IMG/VR virus record: IMGVR_UViG_3300044912_000492
Coordinates: 11,524-75,523 of that record
Length of the DNA: 64,000 bases
From: a virus
Strand: one strand, 5' to 3'
Below are positions 1 to 8,760 of this stretch, piece after piece. The notes below the pieces were generated by a model that had not been told where the DNA came from, searched no databases, and worked only from the letters and a program-made list of their open reading frames with translations. How positions within the stretch are numbered: position 1 is the first letter of the stretch; each line of letters starts with the position of its first letter. Position numbers and translations under genes: made by a program.

Positions 1-39
1 CTATAAATTGTAATAGTCAATATATAAACGATTAGTGTT

Positions 40-67
40 TTGACTGCTTTAAACACAACACTATAAG
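40..67 (+). promoter_or_regulatory. candidate sigma70-type promoter (TTGACT-16 nt-TATAAG) upstream of XRE-like gene
   Basis: TTGACT at 40-45 and TATAAG at 62-67, read by eye. Confidence 0.3.
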
Positions 68-128
68 CAAAAGCTATATAATTTGTAACAGCTATAGATT
101 ATAATACAAGCAGTTTACGGACAAGGAG

Positions 129-335
129 ATGATACTAAGGCTTAAGGAACTAAGAGAGCGTAACGGATTAACTCAAGTACAACTATCTGAATCAACCAAA
201 ATCGGAGTGCAAAACATTGCCAAGATGGAACAAGGACGATCCGAATTCTTTCGTCGCAAGCACATTGATATTTTTTGCAGTGCGCTTAATTGTAGTGCTG
301 GTGAACTTATAGAGGCGGAAAAGATTAAATTATGA
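129..335 (+). CDS. XRE-family helix-turn-helix transcriptional regulator
   Basis: 68 aa; 'LKELRERNGLTQVQLSESTKIGVQNIAKMEQG' is a classic HTH_3/Cro-CI pattern. Confidence 0.75.
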   Translation: MILRLKELRERNGLTQVQLSESTKIGVQNIAKMEQGRSEFFRRKHIDIFCSALNCSAGELIEAEKIKL

Positions 336-484
336 GTGACACAGAAAAACAACCCACACCGCAAACCCGTATACCGATCGTTGTCACGTCGCAACGTGTA
401 GAAGATCGGTATAGAGTGGATGCATCAAAGACTAAGGCTAAAGATATGGGTGCTAGTTCTAGGATTTTGAGGTTGTTTGAGTAA
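332..484 (+). CDS. small hypothetical protein (50 aa), translationally coupled
   Basis: ATGA start/stop overlap with the XRE gene; below the ORF-track size cutoff; translated by hand. Confidence 0.35.
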   Translation: MSDTEKQPTPQTRIPIVVTSQRVEDRYRVDASKTKAKDMGASSRILRLFE

Positions 485-501
485 AATTACAAGGCAAAAC
501 A

Positions 502-696
502 ATGTATAGATTTTTAACTAACTTTCGATGGATTCGCAAATCAGCAGGAAAGAATTGGAGGCTTTTGGATTCTTCTTTTTTGGTTGATGGCAGTAAGCCT
601 ACTTGGTACAACTGGGATATTGTTGCAGCAGATCCTACCATGATGAAAATGATCAATGTTGGATATATCACCATTTTGAAGAGTGAGAGTTATTGA
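502..696 (+). CDS. hypothetical protein (64 aa)
   Basis: Stop TGA (694-696) overlaps ATG (696-698) of the next gene, suggesting coupling; no recognisable motif. Confidence 0.25.
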   Translation: MYRFLTNFRWIRKSAGKNWRLLDSSFLVDGSKPTWYNWDIVAADPTMMKMINVGYITILKSESY

Positions 697-1331
697 TGAC
701 GCTAGTTGATTGGGAGATACAGCACAGATGCGGCGATCGCTCTTACGTTCCGCAATGGTGGAATTTAAAGGCATTGGCTTATAAATACTTTGTGCCATGC
801 CCTAAAAATCCAATGATTGCACCATACGATCCAAGCTTAGTTAATGCTGCTAGCTATGATTTGGAGTTGGGCGACACATTAAAAATCGCTAGAATTGTCG
901 AATACAAGACTGAGTATTTTGCTGTCAATGGCGTTACTCACTCAATGCGAGTCCCTCTAAAGCCTACGGAATGGATAGACATTGATTTATCAACTGGCTT
1001 TGAATATTGGATGCAAGATAACGATTTTATCTTGAGTGAAACAGAGCCGATCTTTCACATTCCCAGAAATGTATCCGCACAATTTGCACTCAAATCGTCA
1101 AGAGGTAGAGAAGGTTACGAACATGCATTAGCAGGATACATAGATCCCGCTTGGCATGACAGTAAGCTGACTGTTGAGCTTCACAAGATTAATCCTAATC
1201 CTGTGGTTTTGTACAAAGGCTTAAAGATTGGTCAAATCATTTTCACTAAAACTAATTCACAGCCGATCCATGCCTATGATGTGCGTGGTAGATATAACAA
1301 AGACAGTCAAGTACAGGTGAGTAAGGGATGA
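696..1331 (+). CDS. dcd: dCTP deaminase / dUTPase-superfamily enzyme
   Basis: 'AASYDLELGD' and 'GYIDPAWHDSKLTVELHKINPNPVVLYKGLKIGQIIF' match the Dcd pattern G-IDxG..G..TLE..N...P..L..G..IGQ..F; ATG at 696 preferred over TTG at 693. Confidence 0.75.
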   Translation: MTLVDWEIQHRCGDRSYVPQWWNLKALAYKYFVPCPKNPMIAPYDPSLVNAASYDLELGDTLKIARIVEYKTEYFAVNGVTHSMRVPLKPTEWIDIDLSTGFEYWMQDNDFILSETEPIFHIPRNVSAQFALKSSRGREGYEHALAGYIDPAWHDSKLTVELHKINPNPVVLYKGLKIGQIIFTKTNSQPIHAYDVRGRYNKDSQVQVSKG

Positions 1332-1570
1332 GCAAATGGACGTATCGAATCTCAAAGCAAACTCTCGCAAACGGTGATGAGGTGTTTGCTATTCGTGAAT
1401 TTTATCCCAATAGCAAGGGAGAGTTAACAAGCTGGAGTGCTAACGAGATTACGCCTGTGGGTTTGACGCTGGAGGATCTAAAAGGTGAGTTAGCGCTGAT
1501 TATGCAATGTTTGGATAAGGAAGTGATTGATATTGGAGGTGAAGATAATGGCACAGGACGAGTGGCTTAA
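1328..1570 (+). CDS. hypothetical protein (80 aa)
   Basis: ATGA overlap with dcd stop; operon context. Confidence 0.5.
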   Translation: MSKWTYRISKQTLANGDEVFAIREFYPNSKGELTSWSANEITPVGLTLEDLKGELALIMQCLDKEVIDIGGEDNGTGRVA

Positions 1571-2132
1571 CATTGGACTATGCGGCGCACATGGCACAGG
1601 CAAAACGACATTAGCGATCGCTTTGTCGCAAAAGCTAGGGATTCCGTATATTCCCATTGATGCGAGTGAAGTATTTACAGATCATGGTTTTCACCCGTCC
1701 GATAAGCTTGATATTCGCACTCGCTTATTTTTGCAACAAAAGATTTTAGAGAAAGCTGAGAATATCTGGTTTGATGTTGATGAGCCTAGTTTTATCTGCG
1801 ATCGCACACCTCTTGATATGGCTGCTTATTTGCTTGCTGATGTTGGCAATGGTGAGTTAGATAAGCGCACTCAAATTGAGATTATGGACTATTTGCAAGA
1901 TTGCTTTAATGTCACGATTCAGTTTTTTGACAAAATTGTATTAGTCCCTCCTGCGATCGCTTTTGTTGAGCGTGAGTACAAAGCGGCGATCAATCAGCCG
2001 TTAATCTTTAAGCTTCACGCTTTGCTTTTAGGAATGCTTAACACTTTGGATGTGTCTTACAAGGTGTTGCCACAAGACTGCTTAGAGATAAGCGATCGCG
2101 TCCAGTTTGTTGAAGATTTTATGAGAGAGTAA
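1548..2132 (+). CDS. P-loop NTPase, probable nucleotide/nucleoside kinase (NadR/AAA_28-like)
   Basis: Walker A 'GAHGTGKTT'; 'FICDRTPLDMAAYLL' resembles the kinase substrate-lid region; GGAGG sits 8 nt upstream of ATG 1548. Confidence 0.6.
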   Translation: MAQDEWLNIGLCGAHGTGKTTLAIALSQKLGIPYIPIDASEVFTDHGFHPSDKLDIRTRLFLQQKILEKAENIWFDVDEPSFICDRTPLDMAAYLLADVGNGELDKRTQIEIMDYLQDCFNVTIQFFDKIVLVPPAIAFVEREYKAAINQPLIFKLHALLLGMLNTLDVSYKVLPQDCLEISDRVQFVEDFMRE

Positions 2133-2134
2133 CT

Positions 2135-3115
2135 ATGTTTCAGCCACAAGCCAAAATTATCGCTGATTCCGTTAATCCTTGCGGCGATCGCTTAACTACT
2201 TTTGTATTAACCTATCACCGTCTAGTGCATAGTGAATTTCTCACACATAGAATGCTAAGCAAGAATAGCTCTAGCAGCCGTGCGATACCAGTAGAAAAGA
2301 TGATCGCTAAAGTTATTGAAGACAATGTATTCCCACTAGAATTTGGCAAAAATCAAAAGGGGATGACTGCAAAAGAATCCGTAGATGATGCAGCGATCGC
2401 CGCATCTATGAAGACATGGCAAAAAGCGCGGCTAGATGCTATTGACCACGCATGGGCATTACATAAACAAGGTGTTCACAAACAAGTCGTAAATCGCCTA
2501 TTAGAGCCATTCTCTAGCATTACCGTAATCTGCACTGCTACCGAGTATCAAAACTTCTTTGCTCAGCGTTGCCATCCTGATGCTCAGCCTGAAATACAAG
2601 CTTTGGCGATCGCCATGCGTGAAGCCTATGAAGCAAGCGAACCAGACCAATTAGAAGACGGAGACTGGCATATACCATTTTTGGGTGAAGACGAAAAAAA
2701 CGATGATGGAGAATTTGTTGCTAGTGAAGCTGAATTGCAATGGCATAAAAACTTGATTGGCAAGGTCACAGACAATGATTTTATCAAAATCGCAACTGGG
2801 CGGTGTGCTAGAGTTTCCTATCTCAATCATGATGGCATTCGCAACATTCAAGACGATATCAAACTGCATGATCGCCTACTTAGCTCTAAACCACCGCACC
2901 TATCACCATTTGAGCATTGTGCTATGGCATTAGGTGAGAGCGAGGCAAGAGCTAACTTTGTTGGCTTTGAGTCATATCGGTATCAGTTAGAGCATAACTA
3001 CGAACCGACAGAAGCAGAAATAGCTATTTTGTCCGCTACTGAAGAAGAGATTTTGCAAATGCAAAGTAGATTTAAAGATATTTCAATTGAAACATTACCA
3101 AGGCGCAAAAGATGA
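2135..3115 (+). CDS. thyX: ThyX-like flavin-dependent thymidylate synthase
   Basis: 'THRMLSKNSSSSRA' fits the ThyX signature (R)HRx7SxR; 326 aa, longer than typical ThyX. Confidence 0.65.
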   Translation: MFQPQAKIIADSVNPCGDRLTTFVLTYHRLVHSEFLTHRMLSKNSSSSRAIPVEKMIAKVIEDNVFPLEFGKNQKGMTAKESVDDAAIAASMKTWQKARLDAIDHAWALHKQGVHKQVVNRLLEPFSSITVICTATEYQNFFAQRCHPDAQPEIQALAIAMREAYEASEPDQLEDGDWHIPFLGEDEKNDDGEFVASEAELQWHKNLIGKVTDNDFIKIATGRCARVSYLNHDGIRNIQDDIKLHDRLLSSKPPHLSPFEHCAMALGESEARANFVGFESYRYQLEHNYEPTEAEIAILSATEEEILQMQSRFKDISIETLPRRKR

Positions 3116-3354
3116 AAAAATCTGAACTAAGAGAAGGCGCTAGAGTGTTTGTCGCTAATGTTGTTTATATTCAGCAAACACGGATTGATCAAGTAACTCA
3201 AGGTAAAAGGCTAGGGATTATTTTTGATGCTAACGTGATTACGCAAGATCGCGTTAGCAAGATACTTGTTAAATTTGATGATTGCGAAAAACCTCAACTA
3301 GTAGTTTTGCAAAGGTTGCGATTAGAAAAAACAATGGAGCATAACAATGACTAA
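3112..3354 (+). CDS. hypothetical protein (80 aa)
   Basis: ATGA overlap with thyX stop. Confidence 0.5.
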   Translation: MKKSELREGARVFVANVVYIQQTRIDQVTQGKRLGIIFDANVITQDRVSKILVKFDDCEKPQLVVLQRLRLEKTMEHNND

Positions 3355-3460
3355 TGAAGAAATTAATCTTGCTGTTGCCTTGATCTCAGGATGAACACAG
3401 ATTGAGCGGTATGGCTTTATAGGGTAAAATAAAAACACCGTAGATGTACGAGAAATATTT

Positions 3461-3982
3461 ATGTATGGGATAGAAACTGAAGACAAAACTACAGCTTTAG
3501 CTAGTGCGCTTAGTTACTGGATTTTTCGCTGTAGGGATAAGGCTAAAAGCCCTGCGATGGGACTTAAAACATGGGAATACTTTCAGAGCAGTATCCAAAA
3601 TGCTGCTATTCCCTCAAGAAGTATTGACGATTACATTGAGAATCTAGCCAAAAAACTAATCGTTGCACACCTCAATCCAAAAGAATGGACTCGCATAATT
3701 GCGCCTAATCAGGTGATTTTACGCGCTTCTCTTAATCCTGATGGCAGCATGGGAGACATTCAGCAAATTGATAGCGATCAACATTTGCAGTGGCTAGGAT
3801 GGCAAGACATTCTCAATTCGCTTAAGCCTGAAGGAATAGGCGATCGCCATATTCTCAATTTGTGCAAATCAAAACCGCATATTATTACTACCTATTGTCG
3901 CGTTCGATTTGAATGCGATCGCGCTTTGAATATTCCCGATGAACCAGAAAACACTCTAGATGTAGAGGCTAACAATGCTTAA
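3461..3982 (+). CDS. hypothetical protein; positional candidate for a Cas11-like small subunit
   Basis: 173 aa; 8-nt overlap with the Cas7-like gene start. cas11 precedes csf2 in type IV-B loci. No sequence motif recognised. Confidence 0.45.
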   Translation: MYGIETEDKTTALASALSYWIFRCRDKAKSPAMGLKTWEYFQSSIQNAAIPSRSIDDYIENLAKKLIVAHLNPKEWTRIIAPNQVILRASLNPDGSMGDIQQIDSDQHLQWLGWQDILNSLKPEGIGDRHILNLCKSKPHIITTYCRVRFECDRALNIPDEPENTLDVEANNA

Positions 3983-5153
3983 TTACAATCCCCACGATCG
4001 CCATAATATCAAGCTACATTTGCAGATTACTTTGCTACAGCCACTCTCACATATCAGTGAATCGGTAGGCAATCAGACGAATTTACGCACGATGAAAGTG
4101 ACAGACTTAGAGGGGAATCCCTCTGAGGTGTTTTGCCTATCTGGCAACTCCCTACGCAATCGTATTTTAAGGCGATGCGGTATTGATTCCTTCCTATCTC
4201 AAATCGGTGTACAAGTATCGCCAACGATGCACCATGCTTTATTTTGTGGCGGCGCGATTGATGGAGGCACGGGCAACGATTTGGATTTGGATAAAAAGAT
4301 CCGTCAGCTTTTGCCATGCCTATCAGTACTAGGAACTGCAAAACCAAAAGGCTTGTTTGGTGTTGGTGATGCTCAGATGGTGCATGGTCGGATCGCCGTT
4401 GGTGATGCGTATCTTGCCTGTGTAGAGAGCGCTGAATACATCTATCGACAATTTCCACCTGCGTTACCCATTGATGTTATTTCGGCGTTAGAGCAGATCG
4501 TTGATGGCAAGGATTTACAGCACTCGCAACGGGTTAATCAATGGCTAGGGATTGATACTAAAGTCAATCAATACGATCTCAAGGCTTTGCTTGATGAGTG
4601 GCTCCCATACTTAGGTGAGAAGTTGCGATATTACTCCGATTGGCTTACCTACAGCCAAAAAACGCGGCGCGATTCTCTTCACGATCCTAACTTTGCTAAG
4701 CACTTGATTGGTGCTAGTCCACAGCCAAAAATCGGACAGGGCGATCTTTTTGTAGTAGCTGATGATTCCCCCAAAAAGAAGCCAGAAAAAGAGAAATCGC
4801 AACAAATGATCATGGGTAATTGGCTACTCCAAACAGGTGCTACCTTATACAGCTATTGGAGCGCAAACGTCACCAGAATCGAAGAAGGATTTATTGCTGA
4901 TGCGTTACTCAAGTTTGCTGAATCGCCATATTTAGGCGGTCAATCTGGAACAGGTTGCGGATTATGCTCTATGCAATTTTGGTTTGAGACTGCTGACGGT
5001 GATCGCGGCGAGTTTATGACAATTACACCTCACGCGCAAAAACTAAGCGATCGCGCTTCTGAATCTCATGCAAGGTATAAAGAATATCTTGAAGATTACA
5101 AAGGGTTTCTAGCTGATTCCAAGAGCGATATCAGGAGTTTACTTAATGGGTAG
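3975..5153 (+). CDS. csf2: Cas7-family RAMP protein (Csf2-like, type IV)
   Basis: 'SHISESVGNQTNLRTMKV...FCLSGNSLRNRILRRCG...LFCGGAIDGG' resembles the Cas7 N-terminal pattern (ESVGN.T..RT ... SG.SLR..LR ... GG). Confidence 0.55.
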   Translation: MLNYNPHDRHNIKLHLQITLLQPLSHISESVGNQTNLRTMKVTDLEGNPSEVFCLSGNSLRNRILRRCGIDSFLSQIGVQVSPTMHHALFCGGAIDGGTGNDLDLDKKIRQLLPCLSVLGTAKPKGLFGVGDAQMVHGRIAVGDAYLACVESAEYIYRQFPPALPIDVISALEQIVDGKDLQHSQRVNQWLGIDTKVNQYDLKALLDEWLPYLGEKLRYYSDWLTYSQKTRRDSLHDPNFAKHLIGASPQPKIGQGDLFVVADDSPKKKPEKEKSQQMIMGNWLLQTGATLYSYWSANVTRIEEGFIADALLKFAESPYLGGQSGTGCGLCSMQFWFETADGDRGEFMTITPHAQKLSDRASESHARYKEYLEDYKGFLADSKSDIRSLLNG

Positions 5154-5155
5154 TA

Positions 5156-5205
5156 CAAACTATTTTAATTTATGTATTGCATAAATTAAAATAGTTTGCT
5201 ATATT
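5156..5205 (+). promoter_or_regulatory. perfect 19-bp inverted repeat overlapping a candidate promoter
   Basis: caaactattttaatttatg (5156-5174) / cataaattaaaatagtttg (5180-5198), 5-nt spacer. TTGCAT 5177-5182, 17-nt spacer, TATATT 5200-5205. Lies directly after the csf2-like stop. Confidence 0.45.
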
Positions 5206-5264
5206 GATATTCATGAGGCAAGGGCAGCCACCCAAACCTCACTCAAACCCACTAACACAAAGCC

Positions 5265-5810
5265 ATGAACACCAGCCAAATCGCACAAATCGCAACCTCA
5301 CTCAATGTCTCCCCAAACCAAATCAAAAGAGCCGAAGAATGGGCAAACGTTTTGTTCGTTGTGGTTGTTGGCAAGGGCTCTCGATTCGTATCCAAAAAGG
5401 TATTAAAAATGGAAATGACCCAAATGACCCGTTCGCAATTAGCCAAGAAGATCGCTGCCGATCTAGATTGTACTACCAAAATCTGGGAAAAAGGCGGCAA
5501 AGTCCGAGTTTATCTTTCCCATCGCGGCAAAGATTACGGATTTGTTGAAATCACCGCTAAGGGCGTAGAATTTGCGCTCACGGGCTATGCAAATAACGCT
5601 TATGGCTCCGATATCCGCAATTCGGCTGAGGGCATTGAAATCAACGAACCATCAGCAGTTGTAGGCGATGTCCGCCGCCTTACCAGTGAAGAAGCCGACC
5701 AACTAGCGGCAATGTCTCGCGGCAAAGCTAACGACACCGAACGCGCTCTAAATGCCATGTATGGCAGAGGCGGATGGGATCATTGGGATCGTGAAGATTA
5801 CGAAGGTTAG
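5265..5810 (+). CDS. hypothetical protein (181 aa)
   Basis: Long ORF downstream of the candidate promoter; no motif recognised. Confidence 0.55.
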   Translation: MNTSQIAQIATSLNVSPNQIKRAEEWANVLFVVVVGKGSRFVSKKVLKMEMTQMTRSQLAKKIAADLDCTTKIWEKGGKVRVYLSHRGKDYGFVEITAKGVEFALTGYANNAYGSDIRNSAEGIEINEPSAVVGDVRRLTSEEADQLAAMSRGKANDTERALNAMYGRGGWDHWDREDYEG

Positions 5811-5869
5811 AGACGAAGCGCCGCCCGTAGCGTCTAATACGGATAGTAAATATTATTCAAACAAAAAAA

Positions 5870-6040
5870 ATGAAAAGCTATCAAGAAGTACAGACTGAAG
5901 CAATTGCAATCTATGGATCTAATATTGCAGTTTTGCCAAAAGGTAGAAATGTTTTTGCATCCCGCGCCCAAGCATTCCTTTCATATTTAGGAGAGATCCA
6001 AGATGGTGAAGGGCATTCATATTTAATCTATAAAAAATAA
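5870..6040 (+). CDS. small hypothetical protein (56 aa)
   Basis: Hand-translated; TAATG stop/start overlap with the next gene at 6040; below ORF-track cutoff. Confidence 0.4.
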   Translation: MKSYQEVQTEAIAIYGSNIAVLPKGRNVFASRAQAFLSYLGEIQDGEGHSYLIYKK

Positions 6041-6237
6041 TGCCAGACCCTACCCCTCGCAATCCCAAAGGGGCAGGGCGCAAGCCTAGCCCCGACGAAC
6101 CGAAACCCACCCAGAGTTTTCGCTCCGATCCAGACATCAAAACCTATCTTGCCACCATCCCTACAGGCGAAAAAACCAGAATCATCAATCAAGCAATCAG
6201 AGAGTATATATTGAGGCAAAACCAATCACATGATTAA
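6040..6237 (+). CDS. small DNA-binding protein, ribbon-helix-helix-like
   Basis: Basic N-terminus 'NPKGAGRKPSP' and 'EKTRIINQAIREYIL' (CopG/Arc-like helix); overlaps the Cas5-like start by 8 nt. Confidence 0.45.
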   Translation: MPDPTPRNPKGAGRKPSPDEPKPTQSFRSDPDIKTYLATIPTGEKTRIINQAIREYILRQNQSHD

Positions 6238-6913
6238 TCTTCAAATAATCGCGCACATGGCAACGCCTCTCTTTGCCTATGATGATTGGTCGCCTAGCTT
6301 TGATGCTCTCATTGAATATCAATTGCTCGACTCACTAGGATTGATAGAGCCTAATCCCACAGAGGCAAGCATTATTAAAAATCTGCCATTGCTATTTGAG
6401 CAAATGCCGATCGCCCGAAAGATGCTAAATGGTGAATGGTATTGGGCGGTAAGCTCACCTCATTACATTGAAAATCATCAGCAAATTTCGCAATATGTAA
6501 AGCGCTGGGATAAGCAAGAATTACACCTTGATTTAAAAGGGAAACGCGGTAAATTTAGTGGTAGTGAAGGGCATTTTAAAGCTTATAAACTACCTAAATA
6601 CAACCGCGAAATGCAGACTATCCACTGGTTTTGTATTGGCGATGCAAATAAGATTAGTCAACTGATTCTAAATGTTTCGCACCTTGGCAAGAAGCGATCG
6701 CAAGGGTGCGGACAAGTCCATAAATGGGAGGTGCTACCGTTTGAGCATGATTGGCATTTGTGGCGCGGCGATAGTTTAGCCAGACCTATACCAGTTGGGA
6801 TGATTGAGCCGCCTCAAGCTATTAATATGATGAACTGGGGATGGCGACCGCCTACATGGTTGGCTGCTAATAAATCTATGTGCTATATGCCAACGGACAA
6901 CGTATGTCGATAA
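6230..6913 (+). CDS. csf3: Cas5-family RAMP protein (Csf3-like, type IV)
   Basis: N-terminal 'IIAHMATPLFAYDDWSPSFDALIEYQL' and C-terminal glycine-rich loop 'HLGKKRSQGCGQVHKWEV', typical of RAMPs. Confidence 0.55.
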   Translation: MINLQIIAHMATPLFAYDDWSPSFDALIEYQLLDSLGLIEPNPTEASIIKNLPLLFEQMPIARKMLNGEWYWAVSSPHYIENHQQISQYVKRWDKQELHLDLKGKRGKFSGSEGHFKAYKLPKYNREMQTIHWFCIGDANKISQLILNVSHLGKKRSQGCGQVHKWEVLPFEHDWHLWRGDSLARPIPVGMIEPPQAINMMNWGWRPPTWLAANKSMCYMPTDNVCR

Positions 6914-7653
6914 CTTTTGGTAGTGGACTAAATGCTAGATGGCTAACACGTAAACGCGACAATGCGATCGCCCTAATTACTGAATGGTTAAAGCTTTGCG
7001 ATTATCAAGTTTACGGCTCTATTTCGGGCGGCAAAGATTCGCTAGTTATGGCGCATCTGATTAGAGAAGTTTATCCAGATTGTCCGTTTCTATGGGTAAA
7101 TCAAGGACATTTAGCCGAATGGGATGATTGCGTAGAATTGCTTTATTACCTACGAGATGAACTCAAATGGAACATCATAGAACTATGCCCACCATTGGGA
7201 TTGATGCAGCTTTACCGCAAATTAGGTATGAGTTTTGATGGTCAGTTCAATGCTCTTGATAAAAAACAATGTCATGAACTTTTGCTATATCCGCTAAATG
7301 AATGGGCGGAAATGCATAACGCAAAAGGCTATGCATGGGGACTAAGGCAAGAGTCTAGAGGGCGCAAAGAATATTTGCGGTCTAACGGTTTGCTTTACAC
7401 AAAGAAAGATGGAATCGTTATTTGCTCTCCTATTGGCTTTTGGAAAACTGAGGATATTTGGCATTACATAGATTGGCAAAAGCTACCCTATGCCACTATT
7501 TACGATGTCGAAGGGCGCATGACTTTCCGTAATGGATGCCCTATCGATACAGCGCTTTCTAACTGGGGGCGTATGGCACACCTAAGAAAGAATTACCCCA
7601 AGATTTATTTTGAATTTGCTGAGCTATTTCCAGAGGTAAAAAACTATGCTTAA
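6904..7653 (+). CDS. PAPS reductase / CysH-like PP-loop enzyme
   Basis: PP-loop 'SISGGKDSLVMAHL'; ATG 6904 overlaps the csf3-like stop (the ORF track starts at 6880). Confidence 0.75.
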   Translation: MSITFGSGLNARWLTRKRDNAIALITEWLKLCDYQVYGSISGGKDSLVMAHLIREVYPDCPFLWVNQGHLAEWDDCVELLYYLRDELKWNIIELCPPLGLMQLYRKLGMSFDGQFNALDKKQCHELLLYPLNEWAEMHNAKGYAWGLRQESRGRKEYLRSNGLLYTKKDGIVICSPIGFWKTEDIWHYIDWQKLPYATIYDVEGRMTFRNGCPIDTALSNWGRMAHLRKNYPKIYFEFAELFPEVKNYA

Positions 7654-8287
7654 TTTTGACGATATCTCTATTGTGATTCGTACCGTATCAGCACATAGAA
7701 TGCACTTACTGCAAAGATTGCAACAACAATTGAAGCCTCTTGATTTTGTCATTTCTGATAGGTCGGACAGACAAAACACCTATGCTGATGATTGGTTTAA
7801 TGCAATGCGTAAAGGTCAAGATCAATCTAAAAAATGGCTAATCCATCTAGAAGATGACGCTTTTCTGTCACCTGATTGGAAGGTAAGCGTATTAAACCTT
7901 TTAAATCAAATCCCTTTAGATATTAAGGTCTGTTCGTTTTATTCTGGGAAAAGAATGAAGCAAGAATTTGAACATTTATCTAAACCACATTGGGAATACT
8001 TGCGTGGATCGTCTTTCTTTATGCACCAATGCACGACTTGGAAAATGGAGTACGTTGATTATTTTGTTGATGGAATAAAAAGCCAATGGGCTTCACATCC
8101 TGAATACAGAAAAATTGATTTTATTGATCAAGCCTTAATGGATTTTATGGTACAAAAAAAAGAAAAGTTTGCGCGAGTTTTCCCTAGTTTAGTCCAACAC
8201 ACAGGCGACAAAAGTTTGATTGGTCATGCAAACAGTAAAAGTCGTCAATCATCTAGTTTCACCTATTTTTATGGAGATACACCTTAA
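7646..8287 (+). CDS. glycosyltransferase-like protein (GT-A type, 'EDD' motif)
   Basis: 'ISIVIRT...' N-terminus and 'WLIHLEDDAFLSPDW' resemble the GT2/GT25 DxD region; weak. Confidence 0.3.
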   Translation: MLNFDDISIVIRTVSAHRMHLLQRLQQQLKPLDFVISDRSDRQNTYADDWFNAMRKGQDQSKKWLIHLEDDAFLSPDWKVSVLNLLNQIPLDIKVCSFYSGKRMKQEFEHLSKPHWEYLRGSSFFMHQCTTWKMEYVDYFVDGIKSQWASHPEYRKIDFIDQALMDFMVQKKEKFARVFPSLVQHTGDKSLIGHANSKSRQSSSFTYFYGDTP

Positions 8288-8760
8288 TGCCATTCATTAA
8301 AAAAGGAACATTGCTAGAAGATTGGCAGACAGCTAATCCTATAACTTTATTAGGCGATTTAGAATTGCCAGAATTGCCATCACTAAATAATTTTATTCAA
8401 AAAGAATATGGCGATCGCAACGGTGTAAAAGCAATCAATTACAACCGCAAAGACAAGAGCGCTCCTTATTTTGTTTGTTGCCGTGGCGCATGGAGAATGC
8501 ACACAGATCCAGGGTACAACCGATATGCACATCATGTAGTTTTAATGACTTGTAATGCAAAACTAACGGGCTATGCCGATAATTATGTTGTTAGAGTAGG
8601 ACAAGCTTTAATTATTGATTCTCATTCTCCCCACGCTTTAATGTCAATCGATCCTACTGAAGAAACATTTTTTTTATCTTTAGCTCAAGATTTAACAGAA
8701 AAAAATACTAATTTCATTAAAACAATTGACATTGAGAAATATTTAAATGAAATCAAATAA
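8287..8760 (+). CDS. hypothetical protein; possible HxD...H metal-binding (cupin/dioxygenase-like) fold
   Basis: 'RMHTDPG' ... 'DSHSPHAL' spacing resembles a 2-His-1-carboxylate triad; speculative. Confidence 0.4.
   Translation: MPFIKKGTLLEDWQTANPITLLGDLELPELPSLNNFIQKEYGDRNGVKAINYNRKDKSAPYFVCCRGAWRMHTDPGYNRYAHHVVLMTCNAKLTGYADNYVVRVGQALIIDSHSPHALMSIDPTEETFFLSLAQDLTEKNTNFIKTIDIEKYLNEIK

Noticed and set aside
3347-3420. Short ORF 'MTNEEINLAVALISG' that would continue as '...GWTQIERYGFIG' if TGA were read as Trp (recoding or pseudogene)
   Set aside because: There is no other sign of TGA reassignment, since many genes end in TGA. The element is too short to judge and is probably a gene remnant or chance ORF.
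5204-5548. Alternative-frame ORFs overlapping 5265-5810 (5204-5548 plus, 5252-5500 minus)
   Set aside because: They have biased low-complexity translations (P/N/Q/R-rich). The 181-aa frame is longer, has a plausible composition and follows the promoter.
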